Source: an uncultured Planctomycetaceae bacterium
Lineage (GTDB): Bacteria > Planctomycetota > Planctomycetia > Pirellulales > Pirellulaceae
DNA: 55,907 bases
Direction of reading: 5' to 3'
Assembly: GCA_903863885.1 (NCBI GenBank)
Contig: CAIPEB010000326.1
Location: 1 to 55,907, forward strand
Shown here: piece by piece, positions 47,375 through 55,907 of the stretch
How positions within the stretch are numbered: position 1 is the first letter of the stretch
How the letters are laid out: the number at the start of each line of letters is the position of its first letter
Made by a program: the position numbers and the translations under genes
Notes under the pieces: model-generated
Told to the model about the DNA's origin: nothing
The model's database searches: none
The model's input: the letters and a program-made list of their open reading frames with translations, nothing else

Positions 47375-48175
47375 ATGCGTGAACTCGAAATCGCTCAAAA
47401 AGCCGCACGTGCCGGCGGCGACGTGGTGGCTCGGTACTTCCGCCAGGGTGTGACTTTTCGAACCCACGACCAGCCCTACAACCTCGTCTCCGACGCGGAC
47501 ATCGAAGCCGAGGCGGTGATCGCCCGCACGATTCTCGAGGCGTTTCCGGATCACGTGATCTTGGGCGAGGAAACGCATCGGGGCGATCCGCAGGCAACCA
47601 ACCTGTGGGTGGTGGATCCGCTGGATGGAACGAGCAACTTTGCGCACCGATTGCCGCAGTTCGCGGTTTCCATTGCGTATTACCATCGCGGGCAGGCGGT
47701 ATGCGGAGTCGTGTTCAATCCCATCCTGGGAGACTGGTTTGTTGCCTCGCGCGGCCAGGGCGCTTACTTCAACGGTCAATCCGTCCGGGTCGCCGCCCAT
47801 CGCGACCTTCCGGATACGCTGATGTCCGCCGGATTCTCCTACCGGCGGGGAGCCGTGGCGGATGCCACGGTGTCCGCGATCGGCGATCTTCTCGCGAGGC
47901 AGATTCACGGTATCCGGCGGTTCGGGAGCGCCGCACTCGAAATGTGCTACGTGGGTGCCGGCATGCTGACGGCGTACTTCGAGTACGAGTTGTCGCCATG
48001 GGACTTTGCGGCGGGACGATTGTTCGTCGAGGAGGCGGGCGGGAAGGTCACCACCTGCACGGGATCGGCCTTGCCGCTGGCCAAGACCAGTGTCCTGGCC
48101 AGCAACGGGATTATGCACGGCCAGATTCTCGACGTGCTCCTGAAGCATGCACCTCCCAAAGGCGGACCGTCCTGA
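47375..48175 (+). CDS. suhB: inositol monophosphatase family protein (SuhB/ImpA-like)
   Basis: Motifs ILGEET, WVVDPLDGTSNF, and C-terminal WDFAAG typical of the IMPase/FIG family. Confidence 0.85.
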   Translation: MRELEIAQKAARAGGDVVARYFRQGVTFRTHDQPYNLVSDADIEAEAVIARTILEAFPDHVILGEETHRGDPQATNLWVVDPLDGTSNFAHRLPQFAVSIAYYHRGQAVCGVVFNPILGDWFVASRGQGAYFNGQSVRVAAHRDLPDTLMSAGFSYRRGAVADATVSAIGDLLARQIHGIRRFGSAALEMCYVGAGMLTAYFEYELSPWDFAAGRLFVEEAGGKVTTCTGSALPLAKTSVLASNGIMHGQILDVLLKHAPPKGGPS

Positions 48176-48251
48176 TCCGCTCCGTTTGATCCGTGTTGCT
48201 TGATTCGCCCCGTTTGATTGGCGGCTGAACCTGACCGGCGGTCACAAGGGC

Positions 48252-49016
48252 TTAGCGCGGCGAGATTGACTTGCGGGCGACCATGATCAGGTCGGGGCTC
48301 TGCTGTTGAGAATAGGGCTGGCGGCGGTAGTCTCCGTACAACCGTACCGAGTCGGCCCCTCCCTTCACCGCCCACTGTGATAGCCGGCTGCCATCCAAAC
48401 CGAGAAATCGAATCGATTCGGTGCGGGCTCTTGAAGGCGCTTCGATCGGCACCACGGCGAGATCCACGAAGCCCTGATCCCCGTTGCGATGCACGCCCTT
48501 GAGCACGACGACGTCCTGATCGCGGATCGAGCGACGGAGGAATTTCTGCCAGACGCAGGGACCGTCCGGCAGATGCCACAAATTCAAGACATGGACGATG
48601 ACCAGACCGCCGTCGCGTACGGAGGCCAGCATGTGGCGGATGGTCTGCTCCGCTTGCTGAAGGTCGTCCGCCAGGGCGAGTGAATTCCCGACGCAGAGCG
48701 ACGCGTCGAAGACGCGGTCGTCGGGGGGCGGATCCTGGAAGCTGTGGAGGCTGAACCTGAGGTTGGGATCGGAGCCGTATCGGTTCGCACAGCGGTCGAT
48801 CATCTCGGGGCTGCGATCCCTGCCTTCCACCTGCAGTCCCCACGATGCGAACATCGCGGCGTGATGTGCCGTGCCGCAGGCAACGTCGAGGACGGAGCGG
48901 ACCGCGGTCTGGTCGAAGCAGAACCGATAGAAGGGCTCCTCGTTGGCCAGTCGTTTCGGCCAGTCGATCATCGCCTCATAAACCTCGGTCAGGTCGTCAA
49001 ATGGCTGGGTATTCAT
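48252..49016 (-). CDS. class I SAM-dependent methyltransferase (Methyltransf_11/25-like)
   Basis: SAM motif I VLDVACGTAHH, acidic motif II; 254 aa. Confidence 0.7.
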   Translation of the reverse strand: MNTQPFDDLTEVYEAMIDWPKRLANEEPFYRFCFDQTAVRSVLDVACGTAHHAAMFASWGLQVEGRDRSPEMIDRCANRYGSDPNLRFSLHSFQDPPPDDRVFDASLCVGNSLALADDLQQAEQTIRHMLASVRDGGLVIVHVLNLWHLPDGPCVWQKFLRRSIRDQDVVVLKGVHRNGDQGFVDLAVVPIEAPSRARTESIRFLGLDGSRLSQWAVKGGADSVRLYGDYRRQPYSQQQSPDLIMVARKSISPR

Positions 49017-49285
49017 TGGGGGATCTCAACAAATCGCGGCGGCGATGCTTGAGTTGCACGTCGTTCGACCTTAAGCTGTTCACCAAGTTCGCTGGTTGAG
49101 GCGGCCGCGCACTAGCTTATCCAGTTCCTGTACGCCGCAAAACCGCCTGGGTTTTGCCGGCAGGGGGGCATTGTCTACGCTGGTGCCCCGAGAGAGGCCC
49201 CTTTGCGCCTTTTCAGCGAGCGATTTTTGCGCGAGAATATCCGGCTCGCGGTTTTCGTCACGTCACGGCAAACTGAGAAACGACC

Positions 49286-50572
49286 ATGTCCGAAAAAGCC
49301 ATTCTCATTGTGGGCGACAAGAAGCTCGAGATGCCGATCATTGTCGGCAGCGAGGGAGAAAAGGGAATCGACATCTCTCAGCTGCGAGCCCAGACCGGGA
49401 TGGTCACGTACGACCCGTCTTTCGGCAACACGGCCAGTTGCTCCAGCGCGATTACGTTCATCGACGGGGATCAGGGCATCCTGCGTTACCGCGGCATTCC
49501 GATCGAGCAGTTTGTCGAGAAACCCAATTTCGTCGAGGTGGCGTGGCTGCTGATTTTCGGCCGGCTTCCGAAACGTGAGGAACTTCAGTCGTTCAGCGAC
49601 CAGTTGACCGAGAACGAGTTGCTGCACGAGGGCCTGAACCACCAGTATCAGCAGATTCCCGTCGACGCGCCTCCCATGGCGATTCTGTCGGCGTCGTTGA
49701 ACAACCTGGCCTGTTACCATCAGCAGTTCCTCGCGGTCGAGGATATCGAATCGCTGGGAGCCGTCGCGGCCCGCTTGATCAGCAAGGTCCGCACGATGGC
49801 CGCGTTCTCCTACCGCCGGTCGAGAGGCTTGCCCTTCATCTATCCGGACCCGCATCTGCGATATGGCGCGAACTTCCTCCACATGATGTTCTCGCTGCCG
49901 TACCGGCAATACGTCGTTACCCGCGAGATGGAGGATGCGCTCAATCTGTTCCTGATCCTCCACGCGGACCACGAGCAGAATTGCAGCACGTCCACCGTGC
50001 GAACCGTGGGATCGGCTCGCGCGAATCTGTTCGCGTCGTGTGCCGCCGGCGTCTCCGCCCTCTGGGGACCGCTGCACGGCGGAGCGAACGTCGAGGTGAT
50101 GGAAATGCTGCAGCGGATTCACGACGGCGGCATTTCGCCGGACGAATGCATCCGCATGGCCAAGGACAAAGAATCGAAATTCAAGCTCTTCGGGTTCGGA
50201 CATCGCGTTTACAAGAACTACGATCCGCGAGCCAAGATTCTGCGTTCCTGCTGCGACAAGGTTTTCGCCACGCTCAAGCGGCCGGATCCGCTGCTCGACA
50301 CGGCGCGGAAATTGGAAGAACTGGCGTTGGAAGACAAGTACTTCCAGGACCGCAAGCTGTATCCGAACGTGGACTTCTACAGCGGAATTCTGCTGCGGGC
50401 CATGGGTATTCCGACCAACATGTTTACCGTCATGTTTTCCATCGGACGATTGCCCGGTTGGATTGCCCAGTGGAAAGAGCAGCACGAGGATCCGACCACG
50501 AAGATCGTGCGGCCGCGTCAGATCTATACCGGTCCGACGAAGTGCGACTACGTGCCGATGGAACAACGCTGA
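49286..50572 (+). CDS. gltA: citrate synthase (type II)
   Basis: Conserved regions including GIPIEQF, HADHEQNCSTSTVR, GFGHRVYKNYDPRA (catalytic His/Asp context). Confidence 0.9.
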   Translation: MSEKAILIVGDKKLEMPIIVGSEGEKGIDISQLRAQTGMVTYDPSFGNTASCSSAITFIDGDQGILRYRGIPIEQFVEKPNFVEVAWLLIFGRLPKREELQSFSDQLTENELLHEGLNHQYQQIPVDAPPMAILSASLNNLACYHQQFLAVEDIESLGAVAARLISKVRTMAAFSYRRSRGLPFIYPDPHLRYGANFLHMMFSLPYRQYVVTREMEDALNLFLILHADHEQNCSTSTVRTVGSARANLFASCAAGVSALWGPLHGGANVEVMEMLQRIHDGGISPDECIRMAKDKESKFKLFGFGHRVYKNYDPRAKILRSCCDKVFATLKRPDPLLDTARKLEELALEDKYFQDRKLYPNVDFYSGILLRAMGIPTNMFTVMFSIGRLPGWIAQWKEQHEDPTTKIVRPRQIYTGPTKCDYVPMEQR

Positions 50573-50632
50573 AGGTCGGCGGCTCGCATTTCCCGAGAAT
50601 CAGCCGGTCCGATTGCGATCCGCGTTGGCGAG

Positions 50633-52706
50633 TCAATTTGCCGCAAGTCTATTCCAGAGCGAGCGGATCTCGGCAACGTCCGACAGGGGCGCCTGGCAGG
50701 CGGAGTTCCCGCACACGTAGACCGTGGGGGAATTGCCCGCCATTCGGCGCTTGCCTTCAAAGAGTGTCTTCAGTGGCGAATCCGAAGAGGATTGCGCGGG
50801 CTCTGCGCGAACTGCCACGATTGCGTTGGGGACGTAGAGCCGGCGCAGTTCTCCGAGCAACTGCATTTCGAGCGCACGGTCGTTCGAGTCGCCGAGCACC
50901 ACGATTTCTCGCGAAGGTCCGAGGTACATGTCGAGTGCAGCCAGCGATTGAGCGCTGGCCAGCGCGGATCGTTGCATGACGGGGACGCTCAATTGCAGGG
51001 CCTGTTCGGCCGCGCCCTGGTACTCGGGGCTTCCGGTCATTCGGGCCAGCCTCAGCAGTGCGGTCGCCCCCAGCGCGTTGCCGCTTGGCGTTGCGTTGTC
51101 GTGGATGTCTTTTTGGCGGGTAATGAGACGCTCGTGATCGTCGGCCGTGAAAAAGAACCCGCAGCCGGCGCGGTCGCGGAACCTTGCCATCAAGATGTCG
51201 GCGATGCGCACGGCTTCGACCACCCACCTCTCGTCAAACGTCGCTTCGTAGAGTGTGACAAACGCCTGCAACAGGTACGTGTGGTCGTCGAGGTAGGCGG
51301 GGTGGCGGGCCGAGCCGTGACGCCATGAGTGCAGCAGCCTGCCGTCCGGTGTCCGCAGCGAACGCAGGATAAACTCGGCCGCCCCGATTGCCGCGTCGAG
51401 GTAACGCGGGGCGCCCAGTATCCCGGCTGCCTTGGCCAGCGAGTGGATCATCAGGGCATTCCAGTCGAGCAGGATCTTGTCGTCCTTGGCCGGCCGGATT
51501 CGCTGGTCGCGCCGAATCAGCAGTTGCCGCCGCGCAGCAGCCAGATCTCGCTCCAGCTGGCCGGCATCCCAGCCCCTGATGCGGGCGCACTGTTCGATCG
51601 TCTCGGGCAGGTTGAGGATATTGCGGTGCTCGAAGTTGCCTTCCGGTGTAACGCCGTAGGCGAAGCAGAACTGCTCCGCGGCGTTCCTGCCAAGGCATTC
51701 CTCGATTTCCCGCGGCGTCCACAGATAGAATTTGCCCTCCTCTCCCTCGCTGTCGGCGTCCTCCGTGCTGTGGAAGCCCCCCGCCGGGTCGGCCAGGTAA
51801 GTCAGCACGTAGTCGATCGTCTCGCGCGCGACTCGCGAGAAGTCCTCGCAGCCCGTTGCGCGGTACGCATCGAGATAGGCGTCCGTGAGCAGTGCATTGT
51901 CGTAGAGCATCTTCTCGAAATGGGGCACCAGCCAGTGATCATCGACGGAGTACCGGGCGAAGCCTCCCGCGAGGTGATCGTAAATTCCCCCGCCGCATCC
52001 GATCGAGCGTTGTCCGCGCGACGGACAACAGCCGGGGATCGCCGAACCGATTCCAGAGCCGCAGTGCGAGCTGTACAGCCATCGGCTGAGGGAACTTGGG
52101 GGCCGCCCCGAATCCGCCGTGCACCGAGTCGAAAGCGCGGAGCAACTCGCCGGCCGCGGCGCGAAGCAGCCCCTCGTTCAACTGGCCGGACGCCGCGGGA
52201 ACAGGCTCGAACGCTGCCAGGTGGTCCATCAGGGTCTGAGCCTGGGCCTGGGCCGCGTCTCGCCTCATGGACCAGACGTTGGAGATCGCCTCGATCACCT
52301 CGTCAAAGCCGGGCATGCCCCGCGCGGCATGTGGCGGCCAGTAGGTGCCGCCGTAGAAAGGCCTCAAATCAGGCGTCAGGAAGACGGACATCGGCCAACC
52401 GCCGCGTCCCGTCAACGCCTGAACTGCATTCATATAGATCTGGTCGAGATCCGGACGCTCCTCGCGATCCACCTTGATGCACACAAATCGCTCATTCAAC
52501 AGCTTCGCAATGCCCGGGTTCTCGAAGCTCTCGCGCTCCATCACGTGGCACCAGTGGCAGGCCGAATAGCCGATCGACAGGAAGATCGGCCTGTCTTCGC
52601 GGCGAGCCCGATCCAGCGCCTCCGGTCCCCATGGATGCCAGTCGACCGGGTTTTGTGCGTGTTGCAGCAGGTACGGACTCGCCTCGTTGACCAGCTTGTT
52701 GGCCAT
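50633..52706 (-). pseudogene. thioredoxin-domain DUF255/YyaL-family protein, interrupted by a -1 frameshift in a G5 homopolymer (at 51987-51991)
   Basis: N-terminal part ([26 protein letters not shown]...ACHWCHVME...[12 protein letters not shown]...TLDRMRRG) and C-terminal part ([34 protein letters not shown]... six-hairpin glycosidase-like domain) are both intact but in different frames. Adding one G to the GGGGG run joins them to give RRGGIYDHL. This may be a sequencing error rather than true decay. Confidence 0.6.
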
Positions 52707-52732
52707 GCATTCGCTCGAGAGAGAAACCTGGG

Positions 52733-52969
52733 CTAGAAATAGCGCGGCGGCACAGCGGCGACAAGTTCGTGATAATCGCGCCGGTCCGCGTCGTGCCACA
52801 GCGGCAGGCCAAGCGTCACGCGATCTCGCAATTGATCGAGTTTCGCTCGGGATCCCGGTGCGGCACTGGTCGGCTTGAAACTGCGCAAATGGCGCGGAGT
52901 GAAGTATTCGTCATGGCCATCGCGACGAATCGCATCAAATACGTTTCGGTAACTCTTCATGGGCCTCAT
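52733..52969 (-). CDS. small hypothetical protein (78 aa)
   Basis: Fills the gap between the ferredoxin and DUF255 genes exactly; its ATG overlaps the ferredoxin stop codon (translational coupling geometry). No recognisable domain, so weak. Confidence 0.3.
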   Translation of the reverse strand: MRPMKSYRNVFDAIRRDGHDEYFTPRHLRSFKPTSAAPGSRAKLDQLRDRVTLGLPLWHDADRRDYHELVAAVPPRYF

Positions 52970-53328
52970 CCGCCAGACGTTTCGCGGCTCTGGAAATACC
53001 CCAGTGAATTACGAAGCAAATCCTCAAACGGTTTGAGCAACGTCGTTGCAATAGGCTGCATCGAGCGCGAACCTTTGTGGGCTACCCGCGTGCACTGTCT
53101 GGCCATGGTCGCGTTGAGATCGCGGAACGGAACCCATTCGTCCGGCAGCTTGTCTTCACGGAATATGGCCTTGCGCGGACACTCCGCAACGCACGCGGAG
53201 CAATCGATGCATTCGCCGGGGTGGATGTAGAGCATCCGAGCTCCGTCTCGAAAGCAGTCGACCGGACATACGACAACGCAGTCCCCGTGCTTGCAGCCTA
53301 TACACGGTTCAGCGACGACATGAGCCAT
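52966..53328 (-). CDS. fdxA: 7Fe ferredoxin ([3Fe-4S][4Fe-4S], FdxA-like)
   Basis: MAHVVAEPCIGCKHGDCVVVCPVDCF...CIDCSACVAECP matches the Azotobacter/Pseudomonas FdxA cysteine pattern. Confidence 0.85.
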   Translation of the reverse strand: MAHVVAEPCIGCKHGDCVVVCPVDCFRDGARMLYIHPGECIDCSACVAECPRKAIFREDKLPDEWVPFRDLNATMARQCTRVAHKGSRSMQPIATTLLKPFEDLLRNSLGYFQSRETSGG

Positions 53329-53368
53329 GTCAGCCCTCGCGCTGTGGGTTGTTCAGACCACCGCCACG

Positions 53369-54358
53369 TCATTCCGTTGCCGGCGCGAATCCCGCCTGCT
53401 GAAGCATAGCCCGCAGTTTGTCCACGGCTCCCGCGCACACCTGCTGAGCCCGCTGCTTGGTGACGCCCCATTCCTGAGCCAGATCCTTCAGAGTCGCCGG
53501 GTCTGCGGATTCGTCCAGTCCGAAGCGGGTCACGACCGCCAGACGCTCCCGTTCCTTGAGCTGGTCCAGCAGTGAACTGATCGCGTCCCGAACTTCCTGG
53601 TTGGCGAGTTGCTCGTCTGCGGATTCCCATTCCCCATCAACGGCCTCGATCCCGTCAAGCGTTTCGCCGGCAAATCGCGTCATCTGCCGCCGCGAACGGT
53701 GGTAGTACGCGAGCAGCTTGTTGGAAATCGCCCAGGTTGCGTAGGTGCTCAGTTTCGTGCCGCGCGAGAAATCGAAGTGCTGTACGGCCTGCACCAGACC
53801 GATGTTTCCTTCGCTGATCAGTTCGTCGAGCGCCAGTCCGGTGGTGCGTGAAAACTGCTTGGCTCGTGCCGTGACCAGACGCAGGTTGCACTCGACGATG
53901 AAGTTGCGCAGTTGTACGGCCTCCGCCTCCAGCTGCTCGATGGCTTCGACTTCGTCGATCGTGGCAGATGCCGGGTCAAGTCGCTGTCGCAGGCGATGTG
54001 CACGGAACTTCAGATAGTTCATGCGACGGAACAGGACGAATTCCTCGTCGCGGGACAGCGGATCCGTGCGATAGAGGAACGCCACGTAGAAATCTGCGTT
54101 GCGTTCCGCCTGGTCGCTGCCGGCACGCCTGCCTGCCAGCGATCGCCGCACGGTATCGAGGCCGTCCCGAAGGATCTCTTCTTCCGCCTGCGGAGCGTCG
54201 AAGCTGGAATGATAAATGAACTGCGGTTCGGCTCGCAGAATTCTCTCTGCGCGGCGAACAACGTCGCTTCTCGCAATCCGGTTTCGACGCACAGTTCGTT
54301 GTTTGGCAATCATCGCTCTCAGCCTCCGCATCGGTGATTTCGTGCGGTACCCTGCCAA
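53369..54358 (-). CDS. sigma-70 family RNA polymerase sigma factor (regions 2, 3 and 4 present)
   Basis: Region 2 (NLRLVTARAKQFSRTTGLALDELISEGNIGLVQAVQHFDFSRGTKLSTYATWAI), region 4 HTH (LKDLAQEWGVTKQRAQQV). N-terminal start uncertain. Confidence 0.8.
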   Translation of the reverse strand: MAGYRTKSPMRRLRAMIAKQRTVRRNRIARSDVVRRAERILRAEPQFIYHSSFDAPQAEEEILRDGLDTVRRSLAGRRAGSDQAERNADFYVAFLYRTDPLSRDEEFVLFRRMNYLKFRAHRLRQRLDPASATIDEVEAIEQLEAEAVQLRNFIVECNLRLVTARAKQFSRTTGLALDELISEGNIGLVQAVQHFDFSRGTKLSTYATWAISNKLLAYYHRSRRQMTRFAGETLDGIEAVDGEWESADEQLANQEVRDAISSLLDQLKERERLAVVTRFGLDESADPATLKDLAQEWGVTKQRAQQVCAGAVDKLRAMLQQAGFAPATE

Positions 54359-54727
54359 AGCAACGTTTGTGCCGGATTTGTGCGATTGAACGAATGAACG
54401 AGCGGATTGAGTTGTAAGTCGTTTTTTTCCAGAGCTTTAGATTTTTCGGTCTTTGGTTCGGTCTTCGATGGTTTCTGATCCGCCGGGACTTGGATCAACG
54501 GTATTTGGTTATTTTTTACAGGGGGGCATCTCCATATTTTCAGTGCGGAGCGATTGAATACGGCAGGAGGTATCGTCCTAAGTCAATTATTGGCTTATGA
54601 TTTTGACTAGAGGCCTGGGTTTCATTGTGCCGGTTGCCGAAAATCGGCCAGAGAAATCGCCAGCGTTGAAGAGGTGACGATATTTGGTTGCGTGGCGAAA
54701 TGGTGACGGTCAGGGCGGGTGATGGCG

Positions 54728-55907
54728 TCATTTAATCAAGAGCAATATGACCATGTTGTCGAGGGGCTGATCGAGCAGCTCAACATGGGCAGCAGTTTCG
54801 AGGAGCTGCTGAACTCCGTTTATGACCAGCTGAAGGGTGCTGTCCCGTACGACCGGATCGGAATCGGCGTTCTGGAGGAGCCCGAGGGATTGTTGCGGCT
54901 TGCTTCCTGCCGCAGCAATGGCGAAGTCATGATGAAAATGGGCTATGCGGCTCACCTGTCGGGGTCGACGCTCGAGTCGCTGCTGGCGACGGGGCAGCCT
55001 CGGATCATCAACGATTTGGAGCAGTACCTTGCCGAACGCCCCAGTTCGCTGTCCACGCAGCTCATCGTTCAGGAAGGGATGCGGTCGAGTTTGACGTTGC
55101 CGCTGATCGCTGAAGGAAAGCCGATTGGCGTTGTGTTCTTCTCGAGCCGCGAGCGGAATGTCTATGAGCTGCGTCACGCGGCTTTGCTCAAGCGACTGGC
55201 CGGGCACATCGCGATCAGCATCGAGAAGGCTCGGCTGATTGCGGAACTCCAGAGCCGCAACCGCGAATTGGCCGAAGCGAACCAGACGAAGGATCAGTTT
55301 CTGACGCGGTTGCGCGAGGAGGTTGACCGCCGCACGGAAGAGCTTCGCCGATCCGAGGAGCGGTATCGGCTGCTGGTGAGGTTGGGGCGGATCGTGAATT
55401 CCAGCCTGGAAATCTGCCAGGTGTTCGAGCACGCGGCTGATCAGGTCCATCAGTTGTTGGGATGCGACCGCGTGAGTCTGCTGCTGGTGCGGCAGCGTGA
55501 AAAGTCACGCTTTGGTTTTGCCCTGGATTACACGCCGGTTCGCCGGTGGCGCGAGATCCCGACTCTGCCGCTGGCGGGGTCGGCCGTCCAGTGGGTGATG
55601 GAGCGGGCCGTGCCGAGGGTCGCCCGTCGGCTGGAGGACGATCGCCGATTTCCCGAGGATCACCGGCTGTTTGATTTGGGATACCGGTCGTACGTGTATC
55701 TGCCGCTGGTGTGCCGGCGTCAGGGGCTGGGTGTGCTCGGGATTGCCTCCCATGTCGCCGAGGAGCCGGACCGCTGGGACCTGGCACTGATGAATGAACT
55801 GTGTGACCAGTTGGCAATTTCTCTCGACAACGCCGCCGCCTACGAGGAAATCGCGCGGCTGAAAACGGAACTCCAGCATCAGAACACGTACCTGCGGGAC
55901 GAGATCA
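54728..55907 (+). CDS. GAF-domain sigma-54-dependent transcriptional activator, N-terminal fragment (FhlA/NifA-like), truncated by window end
   Basis: Not in the ORF track because it has no stop. The ATG-initiated frame at 54728 is open to the end of the window (393 codons) and encodes two GAF-like modules ending in the FhlA/NifA-type linker EIARLKTELQHQNTYLRDEI, which normally precedes the sigma-54 AAA+ domain. The three minus-strand ORFs over this region are antisense artefacts. Confidence 0.6.

Noticed and set aside
49175-50566. 463-aa minus-strand ORF
   Set aside because: Antisense to citrate synthase.
54728-55879. Three minus-strand ORFs (240, 200 and 124 aa)
   Set aside because: Antisense to the unlisted plus-strand GAF-domain sigma-54 activator, whose frame is open to the window end.

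Overview
This is a high-GC (about 65-70%) chromosomal window that looks like Planctomycetota. The pointers are a PSCyt/DUF1549/DUF1553 plus DUF1501 gene pair, many Tat-type signal peptides, and a Gfo/Idh/MocA oxidoreductase. About 45 genes are supportable, and all calls come from reading the translated ORFs and the raw sequence; no database search was possible.

Main contents:
- **Transport:** an OPT-family transporter, and a BT1 (folate-biopterin) family transporter.
- **Phospholipid cluster:** psd and pssA, with a convergent PmtA-like methyltransferase.
- **Efflux module:** TetR, membrane-fusion protein and RND pump on the plus strand, with a convergent NodT/TolC outer-membrane factor.
- **Seven-gene minus-strand block** in the order SPFH/band-7, RHH, HAD phosphatase, deoxyhypusine-synthase-like, PfkB kinase, a large Tat-secreted protein, and Gfo/Idh/MocA. 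It is preceded by a 30-bp perfect palindrome.
- **Proteostasis:** tig-clpP-clpP, followed by tRNA-Gly(GCC).
- **Membrane microdomain genes:** a flotillin plus NfeD operon.
- **Heme/tetrapyrrole:** CbiX-like chelatase plus hemH.
- **DNA repair operon:** an orphan sigma-54 activator translationally overlapping lhr, followed by a Nei-like glycosylase.
- **Other housekeeping:** YfcH-like epimerase, inositol monophosphatase, SAM methyltransferase, citrate synthase, a frameshifted YyaL/DUF255 thioredoxin-domain gene, 7Fe ferredoxin, a sigma-70 factor, and a second sigma-54 activator with GAF domains that runs off the window end.

The most unusual feature is a composite dispersed repeat, (GGATGCCGG-like)n, a spacer, then (CTCCAGACT)n, found in three intergenic copies.

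No CRISPR array, insertion sequence, integrase or rRNA was found. Many long ORFs in the six-frame track are antisense artefacts of the GC bias and are rejected below.
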